Shown here piece by piece: positions 1-7,252 of a stretch of 11,363 bases of DNA. Numbering within the stretch: position 1 is the first letter of the stretch; every line of letters begins with the position of its first letter. The DNA lies in IMG/VR virus record IMGVR_UViG_2563366799_000008; one strand, written 5' to 3'. The position numbers were made by a program, and so were the translations under genes. This DNA is from a virus. Lineage: Duplodnaviria > Heunggongvirae > Uroviricota > Caudoviricetes. The notes beneath the pieces are model-generated. The model was not told the DNA's origin and did not search any database. It was given only the letters and a program-made list of their open reading frames with translations.

Positions 1-742
<742 letters not shown>

Positions 743-831
743 ATGAGACTTCATATTATAACTATAATTATGTAAAAAAGGCTGGTATTTTATACCTTGA
801 GGAAAATAGATAAGAGGAATGAGGTTTGGTT

Positions 832-2223
832 ATGATGAATTATACTGATGAGTCAACTTTTCTTGAAAAGTACAAACCGTTTAGGAAGTTTTGGACAATT
901 TTATCACCTCATTATGTATCTTTAATGCATGCACTTGCCAAAATGATAAGGGGAGGGAATCCAATTCAAGAACTACCTTCCAATGATGAGGATTTTCTTG
1001 CAGAGTATGAAACCTGTCTCAAAAATTGGAAAGACTCACAAAAAATCATATCTTTTGAGATTATTATTCGGCTGAGAGATATAAAAAGATTGGAAACTGA
1101 AAAAAAAGAGCACCATCGAAACAAGGATAAAGAAAATAAAGAAAAGTGTATTGATGAAATAAGTTTAAAAAAATTTGAAATTCTTATTCTTCGCCGTTGT
1201 ATTGACTCAATAATTTGGAGCATTCTTGATGAAGAACACTCTAGTTTGCGGCGTTTACCTATTAATGCAAGCAATGACAATCTATCAGAAGATAACATAA
1301 TTGATTCTATGGTCGCAGCCGATCTTATCAACCAGGACAAACACTCCGTAGCGATTGTCTCTGACATGAGCACATTTGTTCATGTGGGAGATTTAGTCAC
1401 CTTTAATCTACTGGATGGCTTCCAGCTCGTGGAAGTTAAAACAGGTGAAAAGAATAATGAGCTTTATGAAGCTGCTGAATTTTCTGTTATCTCAGAATGT
1501 CCGCACTTTGAAGAAAACTTCATTAACAATATGCCTGATAATGATGTTAAGCAATTTAATCGCATAAAAAGGCAAATCATTCGTGGCATGAATGTTCTGG
1601 AGGCGATTAATACTGGCGAGGGCTTTGACAACTTTCATCAGTCTAAAGTTAAAATCAATGAGATAGATCATCCGTCTGAATTTTATACCCACCGCTTAGT
1701 TAAAATGTGGGAGATTATTCGCGGAGGAAAAAATTGGGCAATTGATACTATTGATGAATGTTTGTTCTTAGGTATGTACCGTGATTCTGAAATGGGCTTT
1801 GTTGCCTTCAATGGATGGATGGATAGTCTCGGTATAAAAAGCCCTGTTGTGAATATAAATGATTCATTCTTTGACCCTTTGTCTCGACCATTTATGAGTT
1901 TGCATCTGCCAACTGAAATGCTCTCCGATCTCATGTCGGGACAAATAATCATCGTCATGTGTTTTGACAATGAACTTTTTTTTCACCGTGCTAACAAAAC
2001 GTACCCGGGTTTATATCTCCTTAGCGATGCAGCAAGAACAAAGCAGCCATTAGAAAATATTCTTCGTGTTGGTTCACAAGGGATAGCTTCTTACGTAGAT
2101 GGGAATACCAGCTTTTTAGGTAATGGTATTGAATCCCGTATCCTTTTCGATCAGCAACGACCCGACAACATTATTGAGTGGAGCTATGCTAGAAGCGATC
2201 TCAAAAAGCAACATGAAGCATAA
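832..2223 (+). CDS. hypothetical protein with a PD-(D/E)xK nuclease-like motif; candidate defence effector
   Basis: 463-aa ORF; track start TTG 826, but ATG 832 is preceded by GAGG at 821-824. About 33% GC. Residues HVGDLVTF...QLVEVK (nt ~1390-1440) fit the D...ExK catalytic signature. Lys/Glu-rich predicted helical stretch at residues ~80-125. No Walker A motif seen. Confidence 0.75.
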   Translation: MMNYTDESTFLEKYKPFRKFWTILSPHYVSLMHALAKMIRGGNPIQELPSNDEDFLAEYETCLKNWKDSQKIISFEIIIRLRDIKRLETEKKEHHRNKDKENKEKCIDEISLKKFEILILRRCIDSIIWSILDEEHSSLRRLPINASNDNLSEDNIIDSMVAADLINQDKHSVAIVSDMSTFVHVGDLVTFNLLDGFQLVEVKTGEKNNELYEAAEFSVISECPHFEENFINNMPDNDVKQFNRIKRQIIRGMNVLEAINTGEGFDNFHQSKVKINEIDHPSEFYTHRLVKMWEIIRGGKNWAIDTIDECLFLGMYRDSEMGFVAFNGWMDSLGIKSPVVNINDSFFDPLSRPFMSLHLPTEMLSDLMSGQIIIVMCFDNELFFHRANKTYPGLYLLSDAARTKQPLENILRVGSQGIASYVDGNTSFLGNGIESRILFDQQRPDNIIEWSYARSDLKKQHEA

Positions 2224-2485
2224 GCCGTTGGATGGGATTTCCCATGAATTGCCATGGATAATCTAGACACTTCGAGCCGTTGATAATGTTGATTTTCGTA
2301 TTCTGTCGGTGGAGTATCCCGAAAGGTATAGAGCAAAACCTGGAGAAAACACACAGCATCCCATTTTAATCTTTAACTCTGACCTTCCATAATGTCCGCT
2401 GTTGGCACAAAGCGGACAACCACGCTAGCTCTACCCTGTGCCACAAAATGTCAATTTGCATCTGAACTAATGCACTTTAATCTCG

Positions 2486-2908
2486 TCACTTCAATAAATA
2501 CCGAACATCCCCCTGATAAAACGACAATATGCGCTGCATAACTTCGCTTTTACGACACTCAGTACAAATCATATTATGACGCCTGTCGTAACGACGTATT
2601 TCTCCATCAGGTAATGACCAGATAAGGTCCGGATCAACCGCAGATGGTTTCTTCAGCTTTGCCCTTGAGAGCTTTTTACGGGCATTTTGCCAGTCCTTAC
2701 GCGCCTGTTCAGACGGGAATAACCCGTAACCAGAGTTGTATACATCGCCACTGGCAACCAGCTCTCTGGCCAGAACGTTCATCAGATATTTTGTTGCCCC
2801 AGTTTTAGTTTCCAGTTGTCTTAACGTCTCGCGCCCACTCTGGCGTACGAGTTCAACAACCTGCCCTTTAATTTTTTCCCGCTCTTCTTGTGTAAAAACT
2901 TTTGCCAC
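2486..2908 (-). CDS. hypothetical protein, 140 aa, last gene of the rightward early operon
   Basis: GTG start at 2908 with AGGAGGG immediately upstream on the - strand (short spacer). Lys/Arg-rich C-terminal half. Codirectional with and just downstream of the O-like gene. No family recognised. Confidence 0.55.
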   Translation of the reverse strand: MAKVFTQEEREKIKGQVVELVRQSGRETLRQLETKTGATKYLMNVLARELVASGDVYNSGYGLFPSEQARKDWQNARKKLSRAKLKKPSAVDPDLIWSLPDGEIRRYDRRHNMICTECRKSEVMQRILSFYQGDVRYLLK

Positions 2909-2948
2909 AAGCCCTCCTGAAAATTACCTCATGACCAGAAATTAACAC

Positions 2949-4019
2949 TTACCCCCTGAAGCCCGGCGGAATTTCGTTATCCGGTTCAGAAATATGATTC
3001 ACACAACGCTGGTTGTTCGTGCCGCTTACCGGGAGCAACCAGGGGTTCTCAAAATTCCGGTCCGGTCCAAAAAACGTCGTCGCTCGCTGAACAAATTCCG
3101 TTCCCGTTTTCCCGGTAGCCGCCAAGTATCTTGCGTAACGCCTCACGCCATCCAGCATGGCCTCTGGTGGCACCCCCTCGCGTAATCTGGCCTTCCAGGC
3201 ACTGAAAGCGGATTTCTTCGGGTTTGCTCCGGCACGCAACGGGTACTCCCGCCAGACCTGTTCGAACACATCCGGATAATCCACTCGTCCCACAGACTGC
3301 CCGGTGTTTTCCGGGACTACCCGATCGGCTTCCCGCTGAATGGCGGAATCGGCTTCGGGCTGCTGCAGTTGGTGTGATTGCTCCGGCCTTGCGGTCATCA
3401 CCTGCTGCACAGCGCCCGAATCGGCTTTCAGCGCATACGCTGAATCGGCTTCCGGTGTCGTGCCTGCTGGCTGACCAAGATTGACGGTCTGAACATCCCC
3501 TGCCTGGTTCGTGGCGTTTTTTACGCCATGGACCATAGTGTTTTGATCTTCTTGATCTGTATCTTTATCTGTATCTTTATCTTTCGTGACTCGTCGTGAC
3601 ATGTGCGTGACATTTCGTGACGCGCCGTGACAATCGCCATTTTGTTCCCGCTTTCTTTCCCTCTCTCGCTGCGCCCTCTTGCGCTCTGCAGGAGATTTTG
3701 CGGTTTGCGAAATATTGCCGTTGTCCTCTTTAAGCACCTGGCGTTTTTCCCATCCAGTGATTAAATCACCATCAAGTACCCGCCCCTGCATCGTCTGCAA
3801 AATTGAATCAATTACCTCTTCTGTCACGTCGAGCGCACTTGCCAAATCTTCTGTCGTGACATCAATGTGACCTCGCGTGACATTTCGTGACGCGCTCACC
3901 AAGAGGTGGATATACACTGCCATCACTGTTGCAATTGGCTGCCCTGACACCCTGGCAATTGTTCGCCACTTAGGGTCATTTGGCATGTCATGCCATAATC
4001 TGAGCCAGGCGTTAGCCAT
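2949..4019 (-). CDS. phage replication initiation protein (lambda O-like / YdaU-like replisome organiser)
   Basis: Track ORF 2949-4025; ATG at 4019 preferred (MANAWLRLWHDMPNDPKW...). C-terminal FEQVWREYPLRAGANPKKSAFSAWKARL resembles prophage replication proteins. Internal iteron clusters and an AT-rich tandem repeat lie within the coding sequence, as in lambda O. Confidence 0.8.
   Translation of the reverse strand: MANAWLRLWHDMPNDPKWRTIARVSGQPIATVMAVYIHLLVSASRNVTRGHIDVTTEDLASALDVTEEVIDSILQTMQGRVLDGDLITGWEKRQVLKEDNGNISQTAKSPAERKRAQRERERKREQNGDCHGASRNVTHMSRRVTKDKDTDKDTDQEDQNTMVHGVKNATNQAGDVQTVNLGQPAGTTPEADSAYALKADSGAVQQVMTARPEQSHQLQQPEADSAIQREADRVVPENTGQSVGRVDYPDVFEQVWREYPLRAGANPKKSAFSAWKARLREGVPPEAMLDGVRRYARYLAATGKTGTEFVQRATTFFGPDRNFENPWLLPVSGTNNQRCVNHISEPDNEIPPGFRG
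3545..3584. repeat. AT-rich tandem hexamer repeat (ATCTKT units) inside the O-like gene
   Basis: atctgt atcttt atctgt atcttt atcttt at 3555-3584, preceded by gatctt. Encodes the KDKDTDKDTD linker on the - strand. Lies directly beside iteron cluster 1. Confidence 0.7.
3585..3631. repeat. iteron cluster 1: five CGTGAC direct repeats at ~10-11 bp spacing (putative replication origin)
   Basis: CGTGAC at 3585, 3595, 3606, 3616 and 3626. The 21-bp block gcgtgacatttcgtgacgcgc (3605-3625) recurs exactly at 3875-3895. Confidence 0.6.
3855..3895. repeat. iteron cluster 2: four (C/T)GTGAC direct repeats at ~10-11 bp spacing
   Basis: CGTGAC at 3855, TGTGAC at 3866, CGTGAC at 3876 and 3886. An inverted copy (gtcacg) sits at 3824-3829. 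Contains the exact 21-bp copy of 3605-3625. Confidence 0.6.
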
Positions 4020-4090
4020 ACTCACCTCTTTTGATACCGAATCTTTTTACTCATAAATTGCCGGAAGTGATCCGGTATGAATATTGCGAG

Positions 4091-4516
4091 TCAATGCACA
4101 GCCACAATATTTCCTGCAGGGCCACCACGATTCATCTGGTTGAAACCAGCGATCGCCACTGCGACAAAATCATCAGCGTCTCTCACCAGTCGTTCCCGCG
4201 TCTCCACTAGTTCCCGAAAATAGGCTGAGCTATGACTGCGCATTCGGGCCACCAGCAGAGGTGGCATTGCTTTTTCGATAGCTGGTAACAACGCCTGAAT
4301 TTTTTTAACCGCATCAGGGGTGTCTTTCTCCACCCAGCGGAAAATTTTCTGAGTATTGCGAGCCAGGGCTTCCGGATGGCTGTCGTCATACAGTTCCGGG
4401 AACGTCATTCCCAGCTCGAAATACGCTTTGGTAATTTTCGCAGCCGGTACTTTTTCGCCGTCCGGATGCGCCCAGGCATTCATCGCCATGCGGATGTGTT
4501 CATGCTTGATTTTCAT
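4091..4516 (-). CDS. YdaT-like protein (Rac-type prophage, cII-position gene)
   Basis: 141 aa, begins MKIKHEHI as I recall for Rac YdaT. GGGAG SD about 6 nt upstream. Its ATG overlaps the stop of the Cro-like gene (ATGA), suggesting translational coupling. Confidence 0.75.
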   Translation of the reverse strand: MKIKHEHIRMAMNAWAHPDGEKVPAAKITKAYFELGMTFPELYDDSHPEALARNTQKIFRWVEKDTPDAVKKIQALLPAIEKAMPPLLVARMRSHSSAYFRELVETRERLVRDADDFVAVAIAGFNQMNRGGPAGNIVAVH

Positions 4517-4767
4517 GAATCAACTCCCATCAGCTTTTTCGTAGTAGTTTTATTCCTGCCAATAGTTAAAATTGCATCGGCAGAAAATAATCCGTTTGAT
4601 GCAAGAGCGATTTTTTCAGCGTAATTTGTTTCGCCGGTATATTCTGTGCGAGGCAATTTTCCGTTATCCATCCATTTATAGATTGCTCTTTGGCTGACAC
4701 CACAAACGTCGGCCACAACAGCAACGCGAACAGTTTTGATTACATCTTCAAGTGTTTTCTGGTTCAT
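4513..4767 (-). CDS. Cro-like HTH regulator (YdaS-like)
   Basis: Track ORF 4513-4839; ATG at 4767 preferred because GAGGG sits just upstream and the product starts MNQKTLEDVIKT. HTH-like segment VADVCGVSQRAIYKWMDNGKLP. Divergent from the repressor gene. Confidence 0.7.
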   Translation of the reverse strand: MNQKTLEDVIKTVRVAVVADVCGVSQRAIYKWMDNGKLPRTEYTGETNYAEKIALASNGLFSADAILTIGRNKTTTKKLMGVDS

Positions 4768-4846
4768 ATCACCCTCACAATGTGAACTTTGAGTACATGC
4801 TATAACAGAACTGACAGTACATTCAAGAGCGAATATCATTGAACTT
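4768..4846. promoter_or_regulatory. divergent immunity promoter/operator region (OR-like)
   Basis: 79-bp gap between divergent cro-like and repressor genes. Direct AGTACAT repeats at 4792-4798 and 4816-4822. + strand candidate: -35 CTGACA 4811-4816, 17-bp spacer, -10 TATCAT 4834-4839, placing the start at or next to the repressor ATG. - strand candidate: -35 TTGAAT, -10 TATAGC (weak). Confidence 0.45.
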
Positions 4847-5266
4847 ATGGTTCATGAAGATAAAGCGCGTAAAGAGTTCGCCAGTAGGCTTGCGCTAGCC
4901 TGTGAAAACGCTGGTTATGAACAACATGGAAGGCAGGCAGAAATTGCCCGTCGAATGAAATTAACACCAAAAGCGGTTAGCAAATGGTTTAATGGCGAAA
5001 CAATTCCTCGCCGGGAGAAATTAAGGGAATTAGCAACACTAATAGGAACAACACCAACCTATCTTTTGGGAGAGGATACAGAAGAAAGTGGACAGGTACG
5101 TTTCTATCAGGAGTTAAATCCAAGACAAAAAATCATCATTGACCTTCTGGACGAGCTCCCTGACAGTGAGACAGATGAACTTTTAAAAACTCTTGAAGAG
5201 AAAAAACAGAAGTACAATGCAATTTACGAAGAGTTAGCACGAAAGAAAAAACAAAAAGCCTCTTAA
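4847..5266 (+). CDS. prophage repressor, XRE-family HTH (DicA/RacR-like CI analogue)
   Basis: 139 aa. N-terminal HTH (AEIARRMKLTPKAVSKWFNGETIP) and acidic/basic helical C-terminus. Divergent from the cro-like gene. No SD upstream, consistent with a leaderless transcript. Confidence 0.85.
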   Translation: MVHEDKARKEFASRLALACENAGYEQHGRQAEIARRMKLTPKAVSKWFNGETIPRREKLRELATLIGTTPTYLLGEDTEESGQVRFYQELNPRQKIIIDLLDELPDSETDELLKTLEEKKQKYNAIYEELARKKKQKAS

Positions 5267-5276
5267 ACCAGCATAA

Positions 5277-5314
5277 ATCCGGTAGCGCCTTCCTCCGGGT
5301 TTGTGCTTCACTTT
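5277..5314 (+). terminator. weak candidate intrinsic terminator after the repressor gene
   Basis: Arms ATCCGG (5277-5282) and CCGGGT (5295-5300) with a 12-nt loop, followed by T-rich TTGTGCTTCACTTT. Stem is short with one G-U pair. Confidence 0.25.
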
Positions 5315-5325
5315 ATCCCATCTCA

Positions 5326-5390
5326 TTTTTTTACATACAAAATGTACTAATAGTACTTTACAACAATGAACGCAAAGTACGTTATATGCC
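5326..5390. promoter_or_regulatory. OL/pL-like operator-promoter region for the leftward early operon
   Basis: Near-palindrome ATGTACTAATAGTACTT (5342-5358) and AGTAC at 5376-5380 share the AGTACAT half-site found between cro and repressor. TTTACA hexamers at 5330 and 5357. No clean -10 identified. Confidence 0.3.
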
Positions 5391-5563
5391 TGCCACCCAC
5401 CCCGCCCCACAGAATGCAGGGCAATACTTCGAGTTACCAGGCAGTGGTCAGGGGTTAAGTAGCCAGCCCGAGGCGTAAGAACATGACGGCAGGGTTCAAC
5501 TTTAATAACTATGCAGCAGGTTTTTGTTCCGCTACCCCGGCGTTAAGGGGAAATGAGGTCAGC

Positions 5564-5719
5564 ATGGATACTATCGATCTTGGCAACAGCGAATCTCCGG
5601 TATGTGGCGTGTTCCCCAACCAGGACGGTACGTTCACCGCGATGACGTATACCAAAAGCAAAACGTTTAAAACCGAAAATGGTGCCCGTCGCTGGCTGGA
5701 AAGAAACTCAGGTGAGTGA
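5564..5719 (+). CDS. small early-left protein, YdfA/YdaF-like (DUF1391-type)
   Basis: 51-aa product MDTIDLGNSESPVCGVFPNQDGTF... from the internal ATG at 5564 with GAGG 5 nt upstream. Size and position after the repressor match ydfA in Qin. Stop sits 1 nt before the next ATG. Confidence 0.65.
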   Translation: MDTIDLGNSESPVCGVFPNQDGTFTAMTYTKSKTFKTENGARRWLERNSGE

Positions 5720-5720
5720 T

Positions 5721-6296
5721 ATGGATTTCGACACAATCATGGAAAAGGCTTACGAAGAATACTTCGAAGGTCTTGCCGAAGGCGAAGAAGCTCTCAGCTT
5801 CAGTGAGTTTAAACAGGCACTCAGAATAAGAATGTGCTCTCACAATGACGCGGAGCACAAATATGAGAAGCAAAATCAGACCGCAGAAAATTTTGTTCTG
5901 GAACCCGGAGAAACGCTTTTCAAAATTCCCGTTACGTGCCCCATTTGCGGTTTTACATCAGAAGAACTTGACGACTCCTGTAACAATCAGGAAACAACCA
6001 AGTATGTCGAAGATGATACCGAGTGCGCACGAAGAACGATTATATCCACGAGTCCAAACTCCAGGACCAATAAATCTCACTTTGAGAGGGTGATTAATCC
6101 ACTCCCCCAAACCAATAAAAAAGATGCCGGAGGACAAAAAACCCAATGGAACAACGGGATATCTGTCAAAAAAAGACGTTCCATTAAAGACAAACAACGC
6201 AGCGCCAACAACTGTAAGCGCTTTATACCAGTAATCAATTTTCATGTTCTTAAGCGGATTTATTGGTGGTTGCGACATTGCTTAATGAATCCTTAA
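5721..6296 (+). CDS. hypothetical acidic protein with CPICGF Cys motif (YdfB/YdfC-position); 3' extent uncertain
   Basis: ATG 5721 with AGGTGA SD. The first ~100 aa look protein-like (acidic, CxxC...C...C). The C-terminal half is a basic low-complexity sequence that fully overlaps a hydrophobic - strand ORF. Confidence 0.4.
   Translation: MDFDTIMEKAYEEYFEGLAEGEEALSFSEFKQALRIRMCSHNDAEHKYEKQNQTAENFVLEPGETLFKIPVTCPICGFTSEELDDSCNNQETTKYVEDDTECARRTIISTSPNSRTNKSHFERVINPLPQTNKKDAGGQKTQWNNGISVKKRRSIKDKQRSANNCKRFIPVINFHVLKRIYWWLRHCLMNP
5958..6278 (-). CDS. possible small membrane protein, antisense to the early-left operon (SieB-like position)
   Basis: 106 aa with three hydrophobic helix-like segments. 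ATG with AAGGA about 11 nt upstream and an in-frame stop directly 5' of it. Opposite orientation mirrors sieB in Rac. Could instead be a shadow of the + strand ORF. Confidence 0.35.
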   Translation of the reverse strand: MSQPPINPLKNMKIDYWYKALTVVGAALFVFNGTSFFDRYPVVPLGFLSSGIFFIGLGEWINHPLKVRFIGPGVWTRGYNRSSCALGIIFDILGCFLIVTGVVKFF

Positions 6297-6555
6297 AACT
6301 GTGGTGATTTTAAGGATACCACCTCGCCTGACGTGGTTAAAAGCAGGCACACAACACGAAAGCGCACGGCGAAGTTCGTCTCACTGTACGGTGTCGTTAA
6401 ATTTAATTCGACCGTGCGCTTCCGGTTGTGGCAACCCGCGAAATGGCGCGGCGGTAAGTATGGCGGGGTTATTCCTTCCCCGTTGAGGACACCGAGTTGT
6501 CAGGTTGACCATACGCTTAAGTGACAACCCCGCTGCAACGCCCTCTGTTATCAAT

Positions 6556-6613
6556 TTTCTGGTGACGTTTGGCGGTATCAGTTTTACTCCGTGACTGCTC
6601 TGCCGCCGTTTTT
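6556..6613 (+). ncRNA. dicF: DicF small regulatory RNA (ftsZ-targeting, Hfq-dependent) with 3' T-tract
   Basis: tttctggtgacgtttggcggtatcagttttactccgtgactgctctgccgcc followed by gttttt matches the ~53-nt DicF sequence as I remember it. Lies about 170 bp upstream of dicB, as in Qin. Confidence 0.8.
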
Positions 6614-6782
6614 AAAGTGAATTTTGTGATGCGGTGAATGCGGCTAAGCGCACGCGGAACAGTTAAAACCAAAAACAGTGTTATGGGTGGATTCTCTGTA
6701 TCCGGCGTTAATTGTTAACTGGTTAACGTCACCTGGAGGCACCAGGCACTGCATCACAAAATTCATTGTTGAGGACGCGATA

Positions 6783-6971
6783 ATGAAAACGTTATTACCA
6801 AACGTTAATACGTCTGAAGGTTGTTTTGAAATTGGTGTCACTATCAGTAACCCTGTATTTACTGAAGATGCCATTAACAAGAGAAAACACGAACGGGAGC
6901 TATTAAATAAAATATGCATTCTTTCAATGTTGGCCCGTTTACGTCCGATACAAAAAGGATGCTGGCAATGA
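6783..6971 (+). CDS. dicB: cell-division inhibitor DicB (acts through MinC)
   Basis: 62-aa product MKTLLPNVNTSEGCFEIGVTISNPVFTEDAINKRK...KGCWQ is near-identical to K-12 DicB as I recall it. GAGGA SD 7 nt upstream. Track ORF 6678-6971 is an upstream extension. Confidence 0.85.
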   Translation: MKTLLPNVNTSEGCFEIGVTISNPVFTEDAINKRKHERELLNKICILSMLARLRPIQKGCWQ

Positions 6972-7159
6972 ATACAGCATTTGCACTTGTTCTGACAGTT
7001 TTTCTTGTTTCCGGAGAGCCAGTTGATATTGCAGTCAGTGTTCACAGGACAATGCAGGAGTGTGTGACTGCAGCAACCGAACAGAAAATTCCCGGTAACT
7101 GTTACCCGGTCGATAAAGTTATTCACCAGGATAATATCGAAATCCCGGCAGGTCTTTAA
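6968..7159 (+). CDS. ydfD: YdfD-like small protein with N-terminal hydrophobic segment (lysis-associated in Qin)
   Basis: 63-aa product MNTAFALVLTVFLVSGEPVDIAV... from ATG 6968, with AGGA 9 nt upstream. Start overlaps the dicB stop (ATGA). Directly follows dicB, as ydfD does in Qin. Confidence 0.75.
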   Translation: MNTAFALVLTVFLVSGEPVDIAVSVHRTMQECVTAATEQKIPGNCYPVDKVIHQDNIEIPAGL

Positions 7160-7252
7160 AACAGTTCCGTAATAAATATCCGGTTTCATTCTTATATGCC
7201 AGCAATGGCAGGGATTTGTTCATCCTTAAATCTGTCATGAGGTTAAAACAAA

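Noticed and set aside
3585-3895. Possible CRISPR array from the phased GTGAC repeats
   Set aside because: Repeat units are only 6-21 bp at helical-turn spacing, lie inside a coding sequence, and have no regular spacers. They fit origin iterons.
2736-4624. Small ORFs overlapping the replication, YdaT-like and Cro-like genes
   Set aside because: Shadow ORFs within or antisense to longer, better-supported - strand genes. The products are Arg/Pro/Ser-rich, typical of off-frame GC-rich sequence.
5483-6093. ORFs 5509-5736 (-), 5667-5873 (-), 5845-6093 (+), and the N-terminal extension 5483-5563 of the YdfA-like ORF
   Set aside because: No SD and not protein-like. The internal ATG at 5564 with GAGG gives the expected 51-aa product.
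6301-6524. Two overlapping + strand ORFs (61 and 63 aa) upstream of dicF
   Set aside because: GC-rich leader with no SD and Arg-rich products. More likely the untranslated leader of the dicF-dicB transcript.
6644-7189. 181-aa - strand ORF
   Set aside because: Entirely antisense to the well-supported dicB and ydfD-like genes. Cys-rich low-complexity product and no SD; judged a shadow ORF.
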